This document shows, piece after piece, positions 1 to 14,508 of a DNA stretch of 64,000 nucleotides. Source of the DNA: Eledone cirrhosa (taxonomy: Eukaryota); assembly GCA_964016885.1 (NCBI GenBank), contig OZ024743.1, positions 339,636,001 through 339,700,000 of the forward strand, in the 5' to 3' direction. The notes beneath the pieces are model-generated. The model was given only the letters and a program-made list of their open reading frames with translations. It had not been told where the DNA came from and did no database searches. Position 1 is the stretch's first letter. Each line of letters opens with the position of its first letter. Both the position numbers and the translations under genes were made by a program.

Positions 1-1093
1 ATTCTCATTTTAAAGTGAAGTTTTGGATATACAAAAATAGAGGGATCGTCTTTAAAGTTAGGTCTACTCAATCAGAATAAACTTGTCTCAAAAATAATAT
101 CGACAACACAAACATCGACAACAGTATCAACACTCAGAGGGCAATTACGGAGCTCCTACATGATCGCTCTACTATCAAGATATAGCAACAATATTTTCCT
201 CCAATCACCGTCAAGTCTACATAAACCAAGTCAGTACTGAAGCAGGGCTACTGATCTCCCAGACTTGCCAGGGATCTACCTCACACTTATGTACGATCTC
301 ACGTTCTACCGAGTGCACAGGAGAGGCTTCCCAACCCTTTGTTTGGCAAGCTTTCTACGGCTGGATGCCTATCCTATCATCAACCATTTTCCAGCTTCTA
401 CTGGGGGGGGGGGGCATTTATCGTGTAAATCACCAATATTAGAGAGGTTGCCGTATCGTGGGATCCATAAAAACACTTATTAGCAATACATACCCTTTTC
501 AAAGACCTCCCTGTATAGATAAGAAATGTATAATCTGTAAATTAAGCCCCCATATTAACTGTAAAACTAGAAATGTAGTATATAGCATAAGATGTACTGA
601 AGGACAATGTAGAGATAAGAATATAGTGTACATAGGTGAGACAGCTCGTAGTATAGGGGAACGGATAAATGAACACTGGCGAGACCTTCAAGATAGTAAA
701 GAATCATCTGTACTCTACCAACATGCTAAAATAGAACATAAGGGTAAATTAGAGAACATAGAAATAAAAATAGAATCTACACACAGAAAAGACGCAATGT
801 TTAGACAAATCACAGAGGCAATAAACATAAATGAACTCCAACCAAAATTAAATAGAAAACATGAATGGAACAGCAACATCACAACTTACAATTAAGGACA
901 AAATGAAAACCACACGCACATATAACAAACACCCAACCAGTAACATGTAAATAAACAAATAAATAAACAAATATAAACACACACAGACACCCGGATGTAA
1001 CACATGCGCAAACTAAGCACACAACACACACAAAAACAAGATGGCGTAGGACAGAACAAAGGAGAGGCACAAAAACAAAGAAAAGAATCCCCA

Positions 1094-1136
1094 GTCACTG
1101 AAGAGGTCACAGAATGTGTGACGAAAGAACTTTGAC
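1094..1136 (+). ncRNA. Minimal type I hammerhead ribozyme in PLE-1 pLTR (copy 1)
   Basis: GUCA-CUGAAGA-G-GUCACA/gaaug/UGUGAC-GAAA-G-AA-C-UU-UGAC. Stem I is GUCA/UGAC. Confidence 0.8.
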
Positions 1137-1240
1137 AATATATGAACAATCATCTGGTTGTGGAACCAACCAACCAATCGGAAATTTATAAATTCCTAAA
1201 TTTATAAATTTATCATAATAAATTGAAGTGAAAGCAACTG

Positions 1241-4200
1241 GTGCGTGTGTTTCTTATTGGCAACATGACCCTCCCAAAGTATAACAATATCGGTTTCAAC
1301 ACGCGTTTTCAGATAAAGAATCTTGCTAAACAAATTCAGAAACGAAATATCGTAAGCCTTAGCCATGCTAACAAGATACTGAAAACCACCATGTTCTGTT
1401 GTCTACGAAAAACAATAACATCTCGACAACTACACTTCATAAAAGAATGTGCCTCGTCCCGAGTTTACACCAACACCATCAACACCGATGTAAGAAGATT
1501 ACAGCTCACCAAAAAGCAAGCAGATAGGCTAAAACGAACACTAATTCTAAACATAAAAAAGAAGATTTATAGAGAATTAAGTCATCAAGAAAAACATAAG
1601 GGTAACCTAATACAAGAAATAACTAAGATCACCACACCAAGAGAAAAATTAATATTTATAAACCTTATATGTCTTGAAGAAAAGTACATTGTTCAAGAAT
1701 GTGACAATCACTTTAACAAGAAACTAAAGTGGCTCAAACAGATCTAAATCAAGATACTTTAGAGAATATCGATAGATATCCCGACAAAATTGACGGTATA
1801 AATATAGCCGACATCTCATTAACAGATGAATTCAATAACAACAACACAAATATATACGGCAACACTACGGTCGACTCTGATGAATTATCGATATTACAAC
1901 TACCACCTAAATATGCCACATATAATAAGGTAAATATGATAAAATGCTTGTCAGAAATACAAAAATCATTTACAAAATTACGTTGGAGCCTCAAAAACAA
2001 AAACAAAAGTAACAACATACGCACACACACACACATATACAACACATCCCAACAACAACAGGCACAAACAACGATAACAACAACACACACATCAACAATA
2101 ATAACATACTCAGAAACAACAACAGACACGCAGACACAAACAACAATAACAACACACAACAATAATAACATACACGGAGACAACAACACACATCAACAAC
2201 AGCACACATCAACAACAACAACAACACACACACACATTCAATGCCTCTCACCACCACCACAATCTTAACAAACACACAGACACAGAAAACAGGTAATGAC
2301 AGTAGCACAGAAATAAGGGAAGGTAATAGGATTGAAAGGAGAAGGGAGACTATGGACAGAGAAAATAACCAGGACGAACACACAGACACACAAAATAGAG
2401 TAGATAATAACAATGAGCCAGAGGAAAGAGACAGGAGTAATAATGAGAGACATAGAAACAACCATGAGGCTGTTGGTGGAAATAGAAATAGAAACAACAC
2501 AACTAACAATAACAATAGCATTAGTACACATAAAACAGCAGCCTGGAACTCTACTTTTTATAATCCTTCCGATAAGTCATTCGACCTGCGACGAGTCCAC
2601 GCCACGACTTTAGCTTTTAACAAACGCACGCAATTGTCGTCGCAGGTCGATGAACAAACAGAAGCACAATTTAGTATAGCTAGATCTAAACTTAGAAATA
2701 TTATAGAACAGTATAGCAAGAAGCATAATAGAATGGAGGCCCAGCAACTGGGAGAAAAATCTACAAATGGCTTGCGTAAGCTCATGCAGCGCTCGCGTAA
2801 TGGAGAGATTGCATGCTTTCCAACAGACAAGTCTGGCAGAATGTCGGTTGACAGTCTGTCAAACTACATTCAGGCAATGCAACCCCACATCACTAACACA
2901 AGAGAAGTAACACCACAAGAGCATGAGAATAGGGAAAAAGCCCTCAATGCCCATATGATGATGTGGACAAATATAATGCAGCCCAACAAAAGGACTGCCA
3001 ACAACTTCCAGGCCTGGAACAATGACGTGCCAGCGTTGTATGGGCTTCGAAAAAACCATAAAACGAGCAGTGACCCTGTCACAGGACCACCAACACGGCC
3101 AGTCTGTGGAGCTAACATTGCTAGTAACTACAGACTTTCCTACTTCCTCTCCCTGATCATACGCCCCATCATTGAAATGTCCCCAGATATATGTGACAGC
3201 ACGGAGGACCTCCTCAGCAGAATCGGCGAGAGTAGCCGATCTAGGGACCTAACAAACTTCATAATAGGTAGTATGGATGTTGTGTCCCTGTATCCATCTA
3301 TTGACGTGGATTTTGCTGTGGAGAAATGCGTAGAAATGATCAGTGAGAGCAATGTTGAATTCCGTGGGATTGATACCAGTGAGCTGGGACTCCTACTTAA
3401 ACTTACCTATAGTAATAATTATCTAGAAACATATGGCCTTAGTAACCTGTGCCCTACAAGACCAGGAAGAGGCAGACCACCTACCATTACTTCAATGGCC
3501 AAGAAAACCCACACAGATAGATGGAACCGGTGGACCAGAGCCATACGGACCCCCGAAAACCACGATGAACTAAAGAAAATGATTGCACATGCGGTGGGGG
3601 CCAGCATAAAATTAACCCTTAAGGAACATATGTTCAAATTTAATGGAAAAACATATGCCCAAGAGGAGGGAGCAGCCATTGGTGTTAGCATTGCAGGCGA
3701 CATAGCTAACCTATTCATGGTATGGTGGGACAATAGACTTAAACTTAAACTTAAAGAACAATTAGAAGACCCCTTAACCCTGATAATGTACTCCTGCTAC
3801 GTTGATGATATAAACATCATAGTATAAACACCCCACTAGAGAACAGTCAGGAATTAGAGAAAAACACAATGGAAAGCATCCAGCAAATAGCTAACTCCAT
3901 CCACCAGAGTATTAGAGTTACTATAGACTACCCAAGCAAACACTCCAATCATCGATTACCTGTACTAGACACAGAGCTCTGGTTAGATACCATTAATAAC
4001 AAAAAACAAATCCTCCATTCCCATTATGCCAAACCCATGACTTCCAAATATCTGATCCACCGAAACTCAGCTGTTTCGGACCATACCAAAATCAACATAC
4101 TGATTGTGGATTTGGTACGGGTGATGAGAAACGTGTCCTGCATGTGCAAGCCCAAAGAACTAGAGAGACACATACAACACTTCATCCACCGTATGCAGTT

Positions 4201-4926
4201 CTCTGGTTACAATCAGAGAGATAAAATCAGAGTATATAGAGGAGCCAGAACCAAATGGGAAAAAATGGTAAATAATGACACAAATGGGACCTGCCCCTTG
4301 TATAGGAGCAAATTTTGGAATAGAATAGAAAGAACTAGGAATAAGGTTAATAGAATAAACTCATGGTATGATAGCAATAAATACCAGAGTGTAATGTTCA
4401 TCGATACAACCCCTAGAGGTGATTAGCTTACAAATTTAGAAGGGTCCCAGATAAACATAAACTCAATATTAAGATCGTAGAAAGACCAGGTACATCCATA
4501 AAAACACTTATTAGCAATACATACCCTTTTCAAAGACCTCCCTGTATAGATAAGAAATGTATAATCTGTAAATTAAGCCCCCATATTAACTGTAAAACTA
4601 GAAATGTAGTATATAGCATAAGATGTACTGAAGGACAATGTAGAGATAAGAATATAGTGTACATAGGTGAGACAGCTCGTAGTATAGGGGAACGGATAAA
4701 TGAACACTGGCGAGACCTTCAAGATAGTAAAGAATCATCTGTACTCTACCAACATGCTAAAATAGAACATAAGGGTAAATTAGAGAACATAGAAATAAAA
4801 ATAGAATCTACACACAGAAAAGACGCAATGTTTAGACAAATCACAGAGGCAATAAACATAAATGAACTCCAACCAAAATTAAATAGAAAACATGAATGGA
4901 ACAGCAACATCACAACTTACAATTAA
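1241..4926 (+). pseudogene. PLE-1 RT + GIY-YIG endonuclease polyprotein, broken by frameshifts (pieces 1241-1747, 1729-2268, 2241-3827, 3869-4426, ~4440-4926)
   Basis: Motifs TDKSG, RPV, GSMDVVSLYPSI, QEEGAAIG, YVDD, LPVLD, Cys linker CIDKKCIIC, NVVYSIRC..YIGET.R....RINEH, E.I.I....P.LN. Confidence 0.9.
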
Positions 4927-5120
4927 GGACAAAATGAAAACCACACGCACATATAACAAACAACCAACCAGTAACATGTAAATAAACAAATAAACAAATA
5001 TAAACACACACAGACACCCGGATGTAACACATGCGCAAACTAAGCACGCAACACACACAAAAACAAGATGGCGTAGGACAGAACAAAGGAGAGGCACAAA
5101 AACAAAGAAAAGAATCCCCA

Positions 5121-5163
5121 GTCACTGAAGAGGTCACAGAATGTGTGACGAAAGAACTTTGAC
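5121..5163 (+). ncRNA. Minimal type I hammerhead ribozyme in PLE-1 pLTR (copy 2)
   Basis: Identical to 1094-1136. Confidence 0.8.
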
Positions 5164-5402
5164 AATATATGAACAATCATCTGGTTGTGGAACCAACCAA
5201 CCAATCGGAAATTTATAAATTCCTAAATTTATAAATTTATCATAATAAATTGAAGTGAAAGCAACTGGTGCGTGTGTTTCTTATTGGCAACATGACCCTC
5301 CCAAAGTATAACAATATCGGTTTCAACAAGCGTTTTCAGATAAAGAATCTTGCTAAACAAATTCAGAAACGAAATATATATAAATATATATATATATATA
5401 TA

Positions 5403-6165
5403 TCAATAGCTAAAGACTGGAGATAAATACAAATAAATTATATATATATATACGTTAGTTATAGCTCTGGTTTATCCGAACTATTGAGCCCTTTGCCACG
5501 CATTTCGAAGATTGTGTTTCGTTATTTCGTGGGCCGAGATTCCGATTCTCGATAATTTATTTGTATTTATCTCCAGTCTTTAGCTATTGATCAGTTCATT
5601 TTATTGATTTTTTAGTTGATCTTATTGACTGATGAATAGCTCATGTTAATTTTAACCCGTCTGCTGAGAACTCTCATTCGATATGTGATATTTTGTATTT
5701 TTACAAATATATACACTACTGAATTCATTCGCTTAATATAGGGGTTCCCTCCCTTGCTAGACCCCACGTGGATTTAGTAACGGGTGCCTTTGTATTTTTG
5801 AACGAATTGCCTGTTGAGAAAGTGGTTTCCTCGTTTATCATTTTACCAGAAGTCAGATATTTTTTATGTAGGCTGACGGTAACTGATTTAGGAACCGCAG
5901 AAACCAAAAAGCTAGAATTTTACATCCTTCTAGCGGGTCCGGGTAAGATTTTTCATTCATTTTATTTATTATTTGTATGACCCGAATTTTCCTGGTCGTT
6001 TTTTCGGCTGTGCGAATGATTTTAAGCATTGTCTCTATGTGTTGGTATTTAAACATTAGTTGTAGCTCTGGTTTATCCAAACTATTGAGCCCTTTGCCAC
6101 GCATTTCGAAGATTGAGTTTCGTTATTTCGTGGGCCGAGATTCCGATTCTCGATAATTTATTTAT
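5403..6165. repeat. Unclassified interspersed repeat with internal ~105-bp direct repeat (~5456-5560 / ~6056-6160) and 38-bp inverted piece (5404-5441 / 5552-5589)
   Basis: Repeats read directly. The reverse complement of ~5850-6160 aligns by eye with 63655-64000. Confidence 0.6.
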
Positions 6166-6176
6166 ATATATATATC

Positions 6177-7191
6177 CTTTCTCCACACTCACTCATCCCA
6201 CTAACACCCCTACTAATACACACACACACCCTCCTCACTCCAACTTTCACACCTACCCATCCTCGCCCCTTTACCATTCCACCCGACTGCTGCTATGCCC
6301 TCTGACCACCTCCCGGCACAAACAGACACACAGCACTCCCACCACCTTGACCACTTCCTGTTGCGCGCGCACCCCACATCTCTCCTCTTCCGACCATCTC
6401 TTCATGGAATACTCGTATGTGGAACTTGACCACCGTGGAATCTACTACCATCATAGGAGTTTACCAACATTTCAACCACATCCTCTTACGGAATCACCTA
6501 TATAACTCACCCACACACACCCAAAAAAACATTTTTTCTCCCACACGCCACCTACACCCACAACACGCTTAAACCCCACACACACGTGCTTTCCACCACA
6601 TGTTTACACCTTCAGCCTCCGGATTCCTCTCCCCCACCCCTCTATCCACACACGCACACAAACTCCGACCTACGCCCCACCCCACACACACACCTCTTCC
6701 TGAACATGCAATCCCGTTCTTCCCCCAACCCTTGCTTTCACATACACACACACACACACACACACACGTACACCTACACACACCACCTTCACCCTCCCCG
6801 CTCGGACACCCCGTCTCCCTCTCCCCACTCCACCCGCCACCACCCCTACACACCCCACACCCTTCCACCACCTGTTTTACCCCTTTTTAATTTCAGTTTA
6901 TTTTGATCATGCTTTTATATTATATTTATTTTTATTTTATTTCATTTTATTTTGATCATGCTTTATCTTTATTTTTATTTTTAATTTCATTCGCACCGTT
7001 TCCTCCCACCCCCTTTTCGCTATATGTCTCTCCACCACTCCCCTACACACCCTTTGAACTCTCTTCCCACACACTTCTCACCTGAGGAAGGGCTTATGCC
7101 CGAAACGTCGTTCCCCACCACCACCCCACTCGTGAAATTAATAAACATTCGTTGTACTGCCTCTCTGTTTTGTTCCTGTTCAAATTTTTCC

Positions 7192-7193
<2 letters not shown>
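6177..7193 (+). mobile_element. PLE 3' fragment (CA-rich UTR, HHR, AATAAA) inserted in (TA)n
   Basis: HHR at 7080-7111 is followed by AATAAA. A decayed GIY-YIG-like C-terminus (RGIYY..SLPTFQPH) lies near 6430-6480. Confidence 0.6.
7080..7111 (+). ncRNA. Minimal type I hammerhead ribozyme
   Basis: AC-CUGAGGA-A-GGGC/uuau/GCCC-GAAACGUC-GU, with palindromic ACGU in place of stem III as in metazoan PLE HHRs. Confidence 0.8.
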
Positions 7194-7227
<34 letters not shown>

Positions 7228-9776
7228 TTATCTCCTAATATATTCAATGAATAGCTTGAATAACTGGCAATGGTTTTTACTCCAATTCATATGTAAAGGA
7301 AATTCCTAGTTAAGTATTTATTATATATTCTGTGAAATAAAAATAATTTCCAATAAGAAAACCAGCGAAGCTGCCAGAATTGGCTACGGTTTACATACAT
7401 AAAGCTAATTGATTAATATGATGATAGGAAGCCAATTTTCTCGACTAGAATAGCGAAAAATATTGAATTATTCGTGAAGATAACGATATAATCATGACAA
7501 AATTGATAATTACCAAAAAATATCATTAGCAACATTAAAATAATCAATACTGATGATACGAAATCGATACCAATATTATGCAAATCTCATTTCTACAGAA
7601 TAAACCGTTAGGAACGCTTCTTTGAGAGATAAATTCTTAAAACAATATAGTAATATAGAAAATAAAAGACGGATGGTCATTGTTAGTGTTCTTTTGATCA
7701 AAGTTTGCTCGATCAAGGATAACTTGGGGCTAAACAACAGCAATAATTAAAAATATGAGATATTTTTACCTCTTAAAGGGGAGATTAATTTGGGGTATTA
7801 TTAAAAGATATCAATTTATTGAAATAAACATGTAAGAAATTGAAATTAGGAAAATCATGGTGGTAACTCAGGTACAATCGTGGTGGCAACACATGAAATT
7901 GGCTTCGTAGCTATATGACTCCGGGTTCGATCCCACTGCGCAGCACTTTCTACCATATTCTCTACTTAATTTAGACAAGGTGATGTAGTGGACAGCATAT
8001 AGAATCATTCATTCTACTGTGGCGAATTGGTAGAGGCGTTAGAATGTCGGACGAAATACTTTGCAGTTTTTATTCAGGCTCCTTGTATCTGCGTTCAAAT
8101 TCAACCGAAATCAACTCTGACATTCATCCTTCCGTTGTCGATATACAGAGTACCAGTATAGTGAAGTAGGCTGGTGAAGTTGTTGCTTTGCGGTATTTGT
8201 TCCGATCCTTTGTTCTGAATTCAAATTTCAGCGCCTTGGTCTACCTGAATGGCAGACTTAATCCGTAACCTGTTTAATACCACCATCTAATATTTGGGTG
8301 CCTTTAGCAGAATCCACTCTGTTGCAAGCATTCGGACTAAGTCTTCAGTTTGAAAATACTCTTCTCCCTTCTCCCTCGGTGGTTCTGAAACGGGTCATGG
8401 GAATCGCATTTTCTCCTGACTAACAGATAAACCAACGCCTCTTCTTGACGAGTAAAACATACACCTAGTGTTTAACATAATATTGAATGAAGGGTTCCGA
8501 CCACATCAACATATAAATATAACCTACAACTAGATAGGACCAAGGCCTAAATCAGATGCTATTGTTAGTGAAAACAATTAAAGACTTTGATTTGGATATG
8601 GAAGTAGGAACAGCTTGCAATTGACCTCTCTTCCAAAACTATTGGAATATTTGCTCAAGTAAGGCCTTCAACTAAGAGCTACTGATTTTCTTGTCTCTTA
8701 TTACGATGTTGTGCATATTTACCGGAGCTATTTAAACTATACAGAAACAAGCTCAAACTTTTCTTTCTCAAAATGGGGGCCAATTCAGTAAAGGAAAAAT
8801 ATAGTGGAATGGTTGCGAGACACCAGTATATTGCTGTAGTGTTATTTTCTATCAACTGCAAGAAGAATGAAAGAGCAATGTCATTCTAGGATGGTGAACC
8901 AGGTCAGGTCGAAACTAAATGCATGAATCCACTCAAAACTGTTTCAACTATCTTCCTGCCAGTAAACGGTAAAACGAAGAATATGGTGTATCTGGAAGAT
9001 TTTCTACTGTTTTATTTTTGTGTTTTTTTCACACACACATACCAAGGTCTCGCCTCATAATGTAAAACATCCAATACAGTCATTTTCTTTTTTACTTGTC
9101 TTCTCTTATAATCTGTTTACCCGAACGAATCTGGGTACGTCAGCTAGTTTACTATAATCTTGAGTCCACCCATGCCTTATGGGGGAAACTGGATAAACGG
9201 AAACTGTTTGGAAAGACTGTACCTGTAATTCAAAGCCCCAGCCTTGTTACACACTGTGTCACGCTGACCTTTCCTAAGAATTACATTAAGGTCCTGTGTT
9301 CGACTCCGTTGCGTGATATCTTGGGCATGTGCCGTTTACCATAGTTTCCAGTCAACTCATACTTTGTGAGTTAAATTGGGTAGACGGAAACTGTTTGGAA
9401 GCCTGTTTGATAGACTGTACTGTAATTCCAAGAGCCAGCTTTGTCACACGCTGTGTGACGCTAAATTTCCTCGAGGATTACTTTAACTGTATACGTCCAT
9501 TTTACGAGTATGCGATTTCGTTGATCGAACAACTGGAACACTCATCGTCGAAACCGACAGAGATCCATTCCTGCCTATTAATATATCAATACGGCATAAC
9601 ATGTCTCAGATGATGGTTTTGGGATCGTTGCCTTAAAATGGCTGTTTTACACGACACATACATCAACTAAATGGCTTTTATCTAACTAAGATATTACAGC
9701 ATGTAATTCGATAAATAAGCTATTCAACTGCACAAAACGATTCACCTGATGACAGCTTTTGATTAATTCCTGCACA

Positions 9777-9807
<31 letters not shown>

Positions 9808-9956
9808 GGGAGAGAAGAGAGAAAGGGAGGAATGTTATGGGAAAGGAGAGAGATGTGTAGCAAAATTGTTAAATACAGTCTTGTGGTAACAACAAACTCA
9901 ATAGCCGCATCATAAAAATAGCAACTGAAAAAAAAAGGAGAAAAATAGAACGGATA

Positions 9957-9999
<43 letters not shown>

Positions 10000-10105
10000 C
10001 GACGATGATGATGATGATGATGATGATGTTGATGTTGACGACGACGACGACGATGATGATGATGATGGTAATGACGATGATGATGGTGATGATCATGATA
10101 AGGGT
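9957..10105. repeat. (ATG)n/(ACG)n trinucleotide microsatellite
   Basis: Direct reading. Confidence 0.95.
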
Positions 10106-10308
10106 GATAAGGAGGAGGAGTAGAAGTATTGTGGTGATGACAGAAGATCGTTGTAAATACTGCTTTCGGTTTTATCCAAAAGAAAACAAGTGTACTTTGA
10201 GATAAACGATTTTGCAGATTTTCTATCAACACATTAACTCATCAGTCGCTTTTTTTCTTATGCACCTCCTAGCTGTTGCTCTCCCGCGCTCTCTCTCTAT
10301 GTATGCAT

Positions 10309-10950
<642 letters not shown>

Positions 10951-11062
10951 AGAATTAGTATATCTAGTAACATATATATACACAGATGCATACTTATGTT
11001 AGCAAATATATAGGTTTTGTCTTAATAACTATGTGGTTCAATGCATGGGTAGCAGAACAATA

Positions 11063-11667
<605 letters not shown>

Positions 11668-11750
11668 AGTTATATTTAATTTGTTGGGATACAACAAGCA
11701 AATATTTTTATAACTAATATAAAGCACTCAACAAATTATTGGAGTAAAAA

Positions 11751-12093
11751 TACAATATATTAACAAATGGAAACTATATTTATAAAACCATATTTATTTC
11801 ATTATACATATTTCAAGGACACCAAAGCAAATTATGGTGCGCTTTCATCAGATACTAATTTCATTAGACACTAATTTGCATAATAGACCAATAATAAAAT
11901 TAGTAACCCCACTATCCGGGAGCTTCCAACCGACATGGTCGCATTCTTTAAGGGTATGTCAATATTTGTTTATAAAACTGATCTATGTTATATTTTATCT
12001 GATGAAAGCGCACCATAATTTTCTTTGGTGTCCTTGAAATATGTATAATGAAATAAATATGGTTTTATAAATATAGTTTCCATTTGTTAATAT

Positions 12094-12099
<6 letters not shown>
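11751..12099. mobile_element. Non-coding fold-back element, ~104-bp inverted arms (11751-11854 / 11996-12099), each with an HHR
   Basis: Inverted repeat with ~140-bp spacer, ending in (TA)n. Confidence 0.8.
11995..12051 (+). ncRNA. Type I hammerhead ribozyme (mirror copy 11799-11855, minus)
   Basis: UUAU-CUGAUGA-AAG.CACCA...UGGUG.CUU-GAAA-U-AUGU-A-UA-AUGA. Confidence 0.7.
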
Positions 12100-12147
<48 letters not shown>

Positions 12148-12164
12148 CACACACACACACACAC

Positions 12165-12222
<58 letters not shown>

Positions 12223-12273
12223 GTAATCTGAGTTTTTCGAATATTAATAATAACATTCCTAATTTTAAGAGGC

Positions 12274-12467
12274 CTCAATTTTATAGCCATGTCAGTAGAA
12301 TGAACATTTCATTCTTGCTCTTGTGCTGGCATGCGAACCTAACTGCAGACACTAATGTTTCTGGGTATCACGCTTCATCAGTACAGATCACTGTTCACCT
12401 GCAATTATGCAAACATGTCTCAATTTTATAGCCATGTCAGTAGAATGAACACTTCATTCTTGCTCTT
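12274..12467 (-). mobile_element. 145-bp monomer-plus-partial repeat carrying an HHR (12343-12386); retrozyme-like
   Basis: 49-bp direct repeat 12274-12322 / 12419-12467. Minus strand reads CUGUA-CUGAUGA-..-GAAA-CAU-UA-GUG-UC-UGCAG. Confidence 0.65.
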
Positions 12468-12477
12468 ATATATATAT

Positions 12478-12900
12478 TAGTGCTGCGAAAACTGAGACAC
12501 TCGTTCGCTCAAGGAATCCTGCACAGTGCAGTCTACATGGGAGTGGAGTTCCACTGAATCAGGTGGAGAAGTTCAAGTACTTCGGGCCGTGTTAATGAGT
12601 GGTAGAAGCCAGGAGGTTGAATTAAGTGCAAGAATTGTAGGAGCTGTTGTAGTAATGTTCCAGCTTCAACATTCGGTAATTAGAAGAGAGGTAGAGGTAA
12701 AAGCCAAACTCACTATCTTCAATTCGGTATTCGTGCTAACCCTTACTTATGGTCATGAATCTTGGGTAATGACCGAAAGAATACGATCGCGAATATAAGT
12801 ATCCGAAACGGGGTTCCTCCAAAGGGTCTTTAGAGTAACGTTACTCGTTATAATGAATAGATCGGAGATCAGAGAGACACTCCAGGTAGAGACGCTCATA
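12478..12900 (+). mobile_element. RTE-clade (Rex3/Expander-like) LINE fragment
   Basis: AKLTIFNSVFVLTLTYGHESWVMTERIRSRI. Same family as 18389-19311. Confidence 0.8.
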
Positions 12901-13015
12901 ATATATGTGTATATATATACATGTACGCATACGCACACACGTGAAACTAATATTAACATTTTGCACTGACTCTTCGCTTCCACGTTTTTTTTTTGTTTTT
13001 TTGTTTACTGTCTCA

Positions 13016-13075
<60 letters not shown>

Positions 13076-13257
13076 TATTTAAATCAGGTGACAACAAAGG
13101 ATGATATTTCGAATCATCTCATTAACATCTACAGACATTTCAACTTCAATGTTACCAGGTAACACCAAAGTATCCTCAGGACATTAATGTAGGAGTTGGA
13201 GGATGCAAATCGCAAAGAAAAAACGAGAATTCATAAATAATATATAAGTATTCATCT

Positions 13258-13312
<55 letters not shown>

Positions 13313-13443
13313 GTGAGGTTTTTTTTACAAAATGAAAAATAACCGAGGTGTCCTACACGAGTGGAAGTATAAAGAAAAGGGGATGAAATCGAAAATGCAA
13401 CTGAAGTCTTATTTTTTTAAAAAATATATATATTTATTTGGTT

Positions 13444-13481
13444 CCTTTACCGGTTTCGCAGTTCTTCTGCTTTTCAAAAGG
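13444..13481 (-). ncRNA. Minimal hammerhead ribozyme, U3-A8 variant, PLE-2 3' pLTR
   Basis: CCUU-UUGAAAA-GCAG/aagaa/CUGC-GAAA-CCGG-UA-AAGG. Confidence 0.8.
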
Positions 13482-13991
13482 TGAGTTGAGATGGAGGGTC
13501 TGTGGTTTTTCTCACATCTGGTTGGTCTCTAAATGTTACTTGTTTTATATGGAAAAAGTGGCTCGAAAACCAGGTTTTTCGAGAAGTAATTTGATTGGTT
13601 TGTCAATAATTATAATAAATTTCGCGCCAGTTCGCGTTACAATAGTTCTTCAAATAAGAGAGGGGGGTTGTCACAGGTTGTTTTTTCATATATGAGTGTT
13701 TGAATTTCTTTTTACTTGAAAAAATGAGGCTCACGAAGGCTTTTTTTTTTGTTGGTTATAAATGAAATTTGGCTGTCACGTGAACAAGTTTTCATTACAT
13801 TTTTGCGCCCTTATTTGGAAAACTATTCTGTAGTCTTTATAGTGAATGTTATGACAATGGAGAGATAGTGGTCAAGGGAAAAGGGATTGGGAGAAATGTT
13901 CTGGTTCAGTGAATATGGCCAGCTGTCAGAGTTCAGGTGTCAGAGTTCAGATTTTCTATTGAGACTGAAGATATGTGTTTATTTGTGTGCT

Positions 13992-14024
<33 letters not shown>

Positions 14025-14508
14025 ATGTGTGTATTGGAAGATGATTCTATTAGTAGAGATGGGGGAGGGAGTTGTGTGTGTGTGTATATGGGTGTTATGT
14101 GTGTGTGTGCGAGTATGTTAGATAGAGAGAATATATATTTTGTGTGTGTGTATATATATATATGTGTGTAGGAAAGTGGTTCTATTAGTAGAAATGGGGA
14201 GGGTGTTGTAGGTGTGGGGGTTGTTATGTGTGTGTATGGGTGTTATGTGTGTGGGAGTATGGTTAGCATGTTAAGATGAAGAGAATATATATATATATAT
14301 TGTGTGTGTATGTGTGTGTGTAGGAAAATGATTCCTTTAGTAGGAATATTTTTGAATGAACATATTTTCCTGACTTTTTCGTGTTTGCTGTTGTATTGCC
14401 AGTGCAAACGTATGTTTAAGGTTTATTTAGTTCGGGTTTTTATTTTCTAAAGTAGAAGGTGTTATGTGTGTGTGTGTATGTCATATTGTGGTGTTGACAT
14501 AATGTATA

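Larger units (their letters stand above)
463..5377 (+). mobile_element. Penelope-like retroelement (PLE-1, tentatively Nematis-like) with direct pseudo-LTRs 463-1350 and 4494-5377
   Basis: An ~885-bp near-identical direct repeat holds the GIY-YIG end, 3'UTR, HHR and ORF start (partial-tandem PLE layout). The interior encodes RT and GIY-YIG, and the element ends in (TA)n. Confidence 0.93.

Noticed and set aside
1729-1747. Both PLE frames start 'MAQTD' from GTG, and PLE-1 also has a -1 overlap
   Set aside because: The PLE-1 overlap has no slippery heptamer, and the upstream piece looks like the normal PLE N-terminus. Treated as coincidence plus a mutational frameshift.
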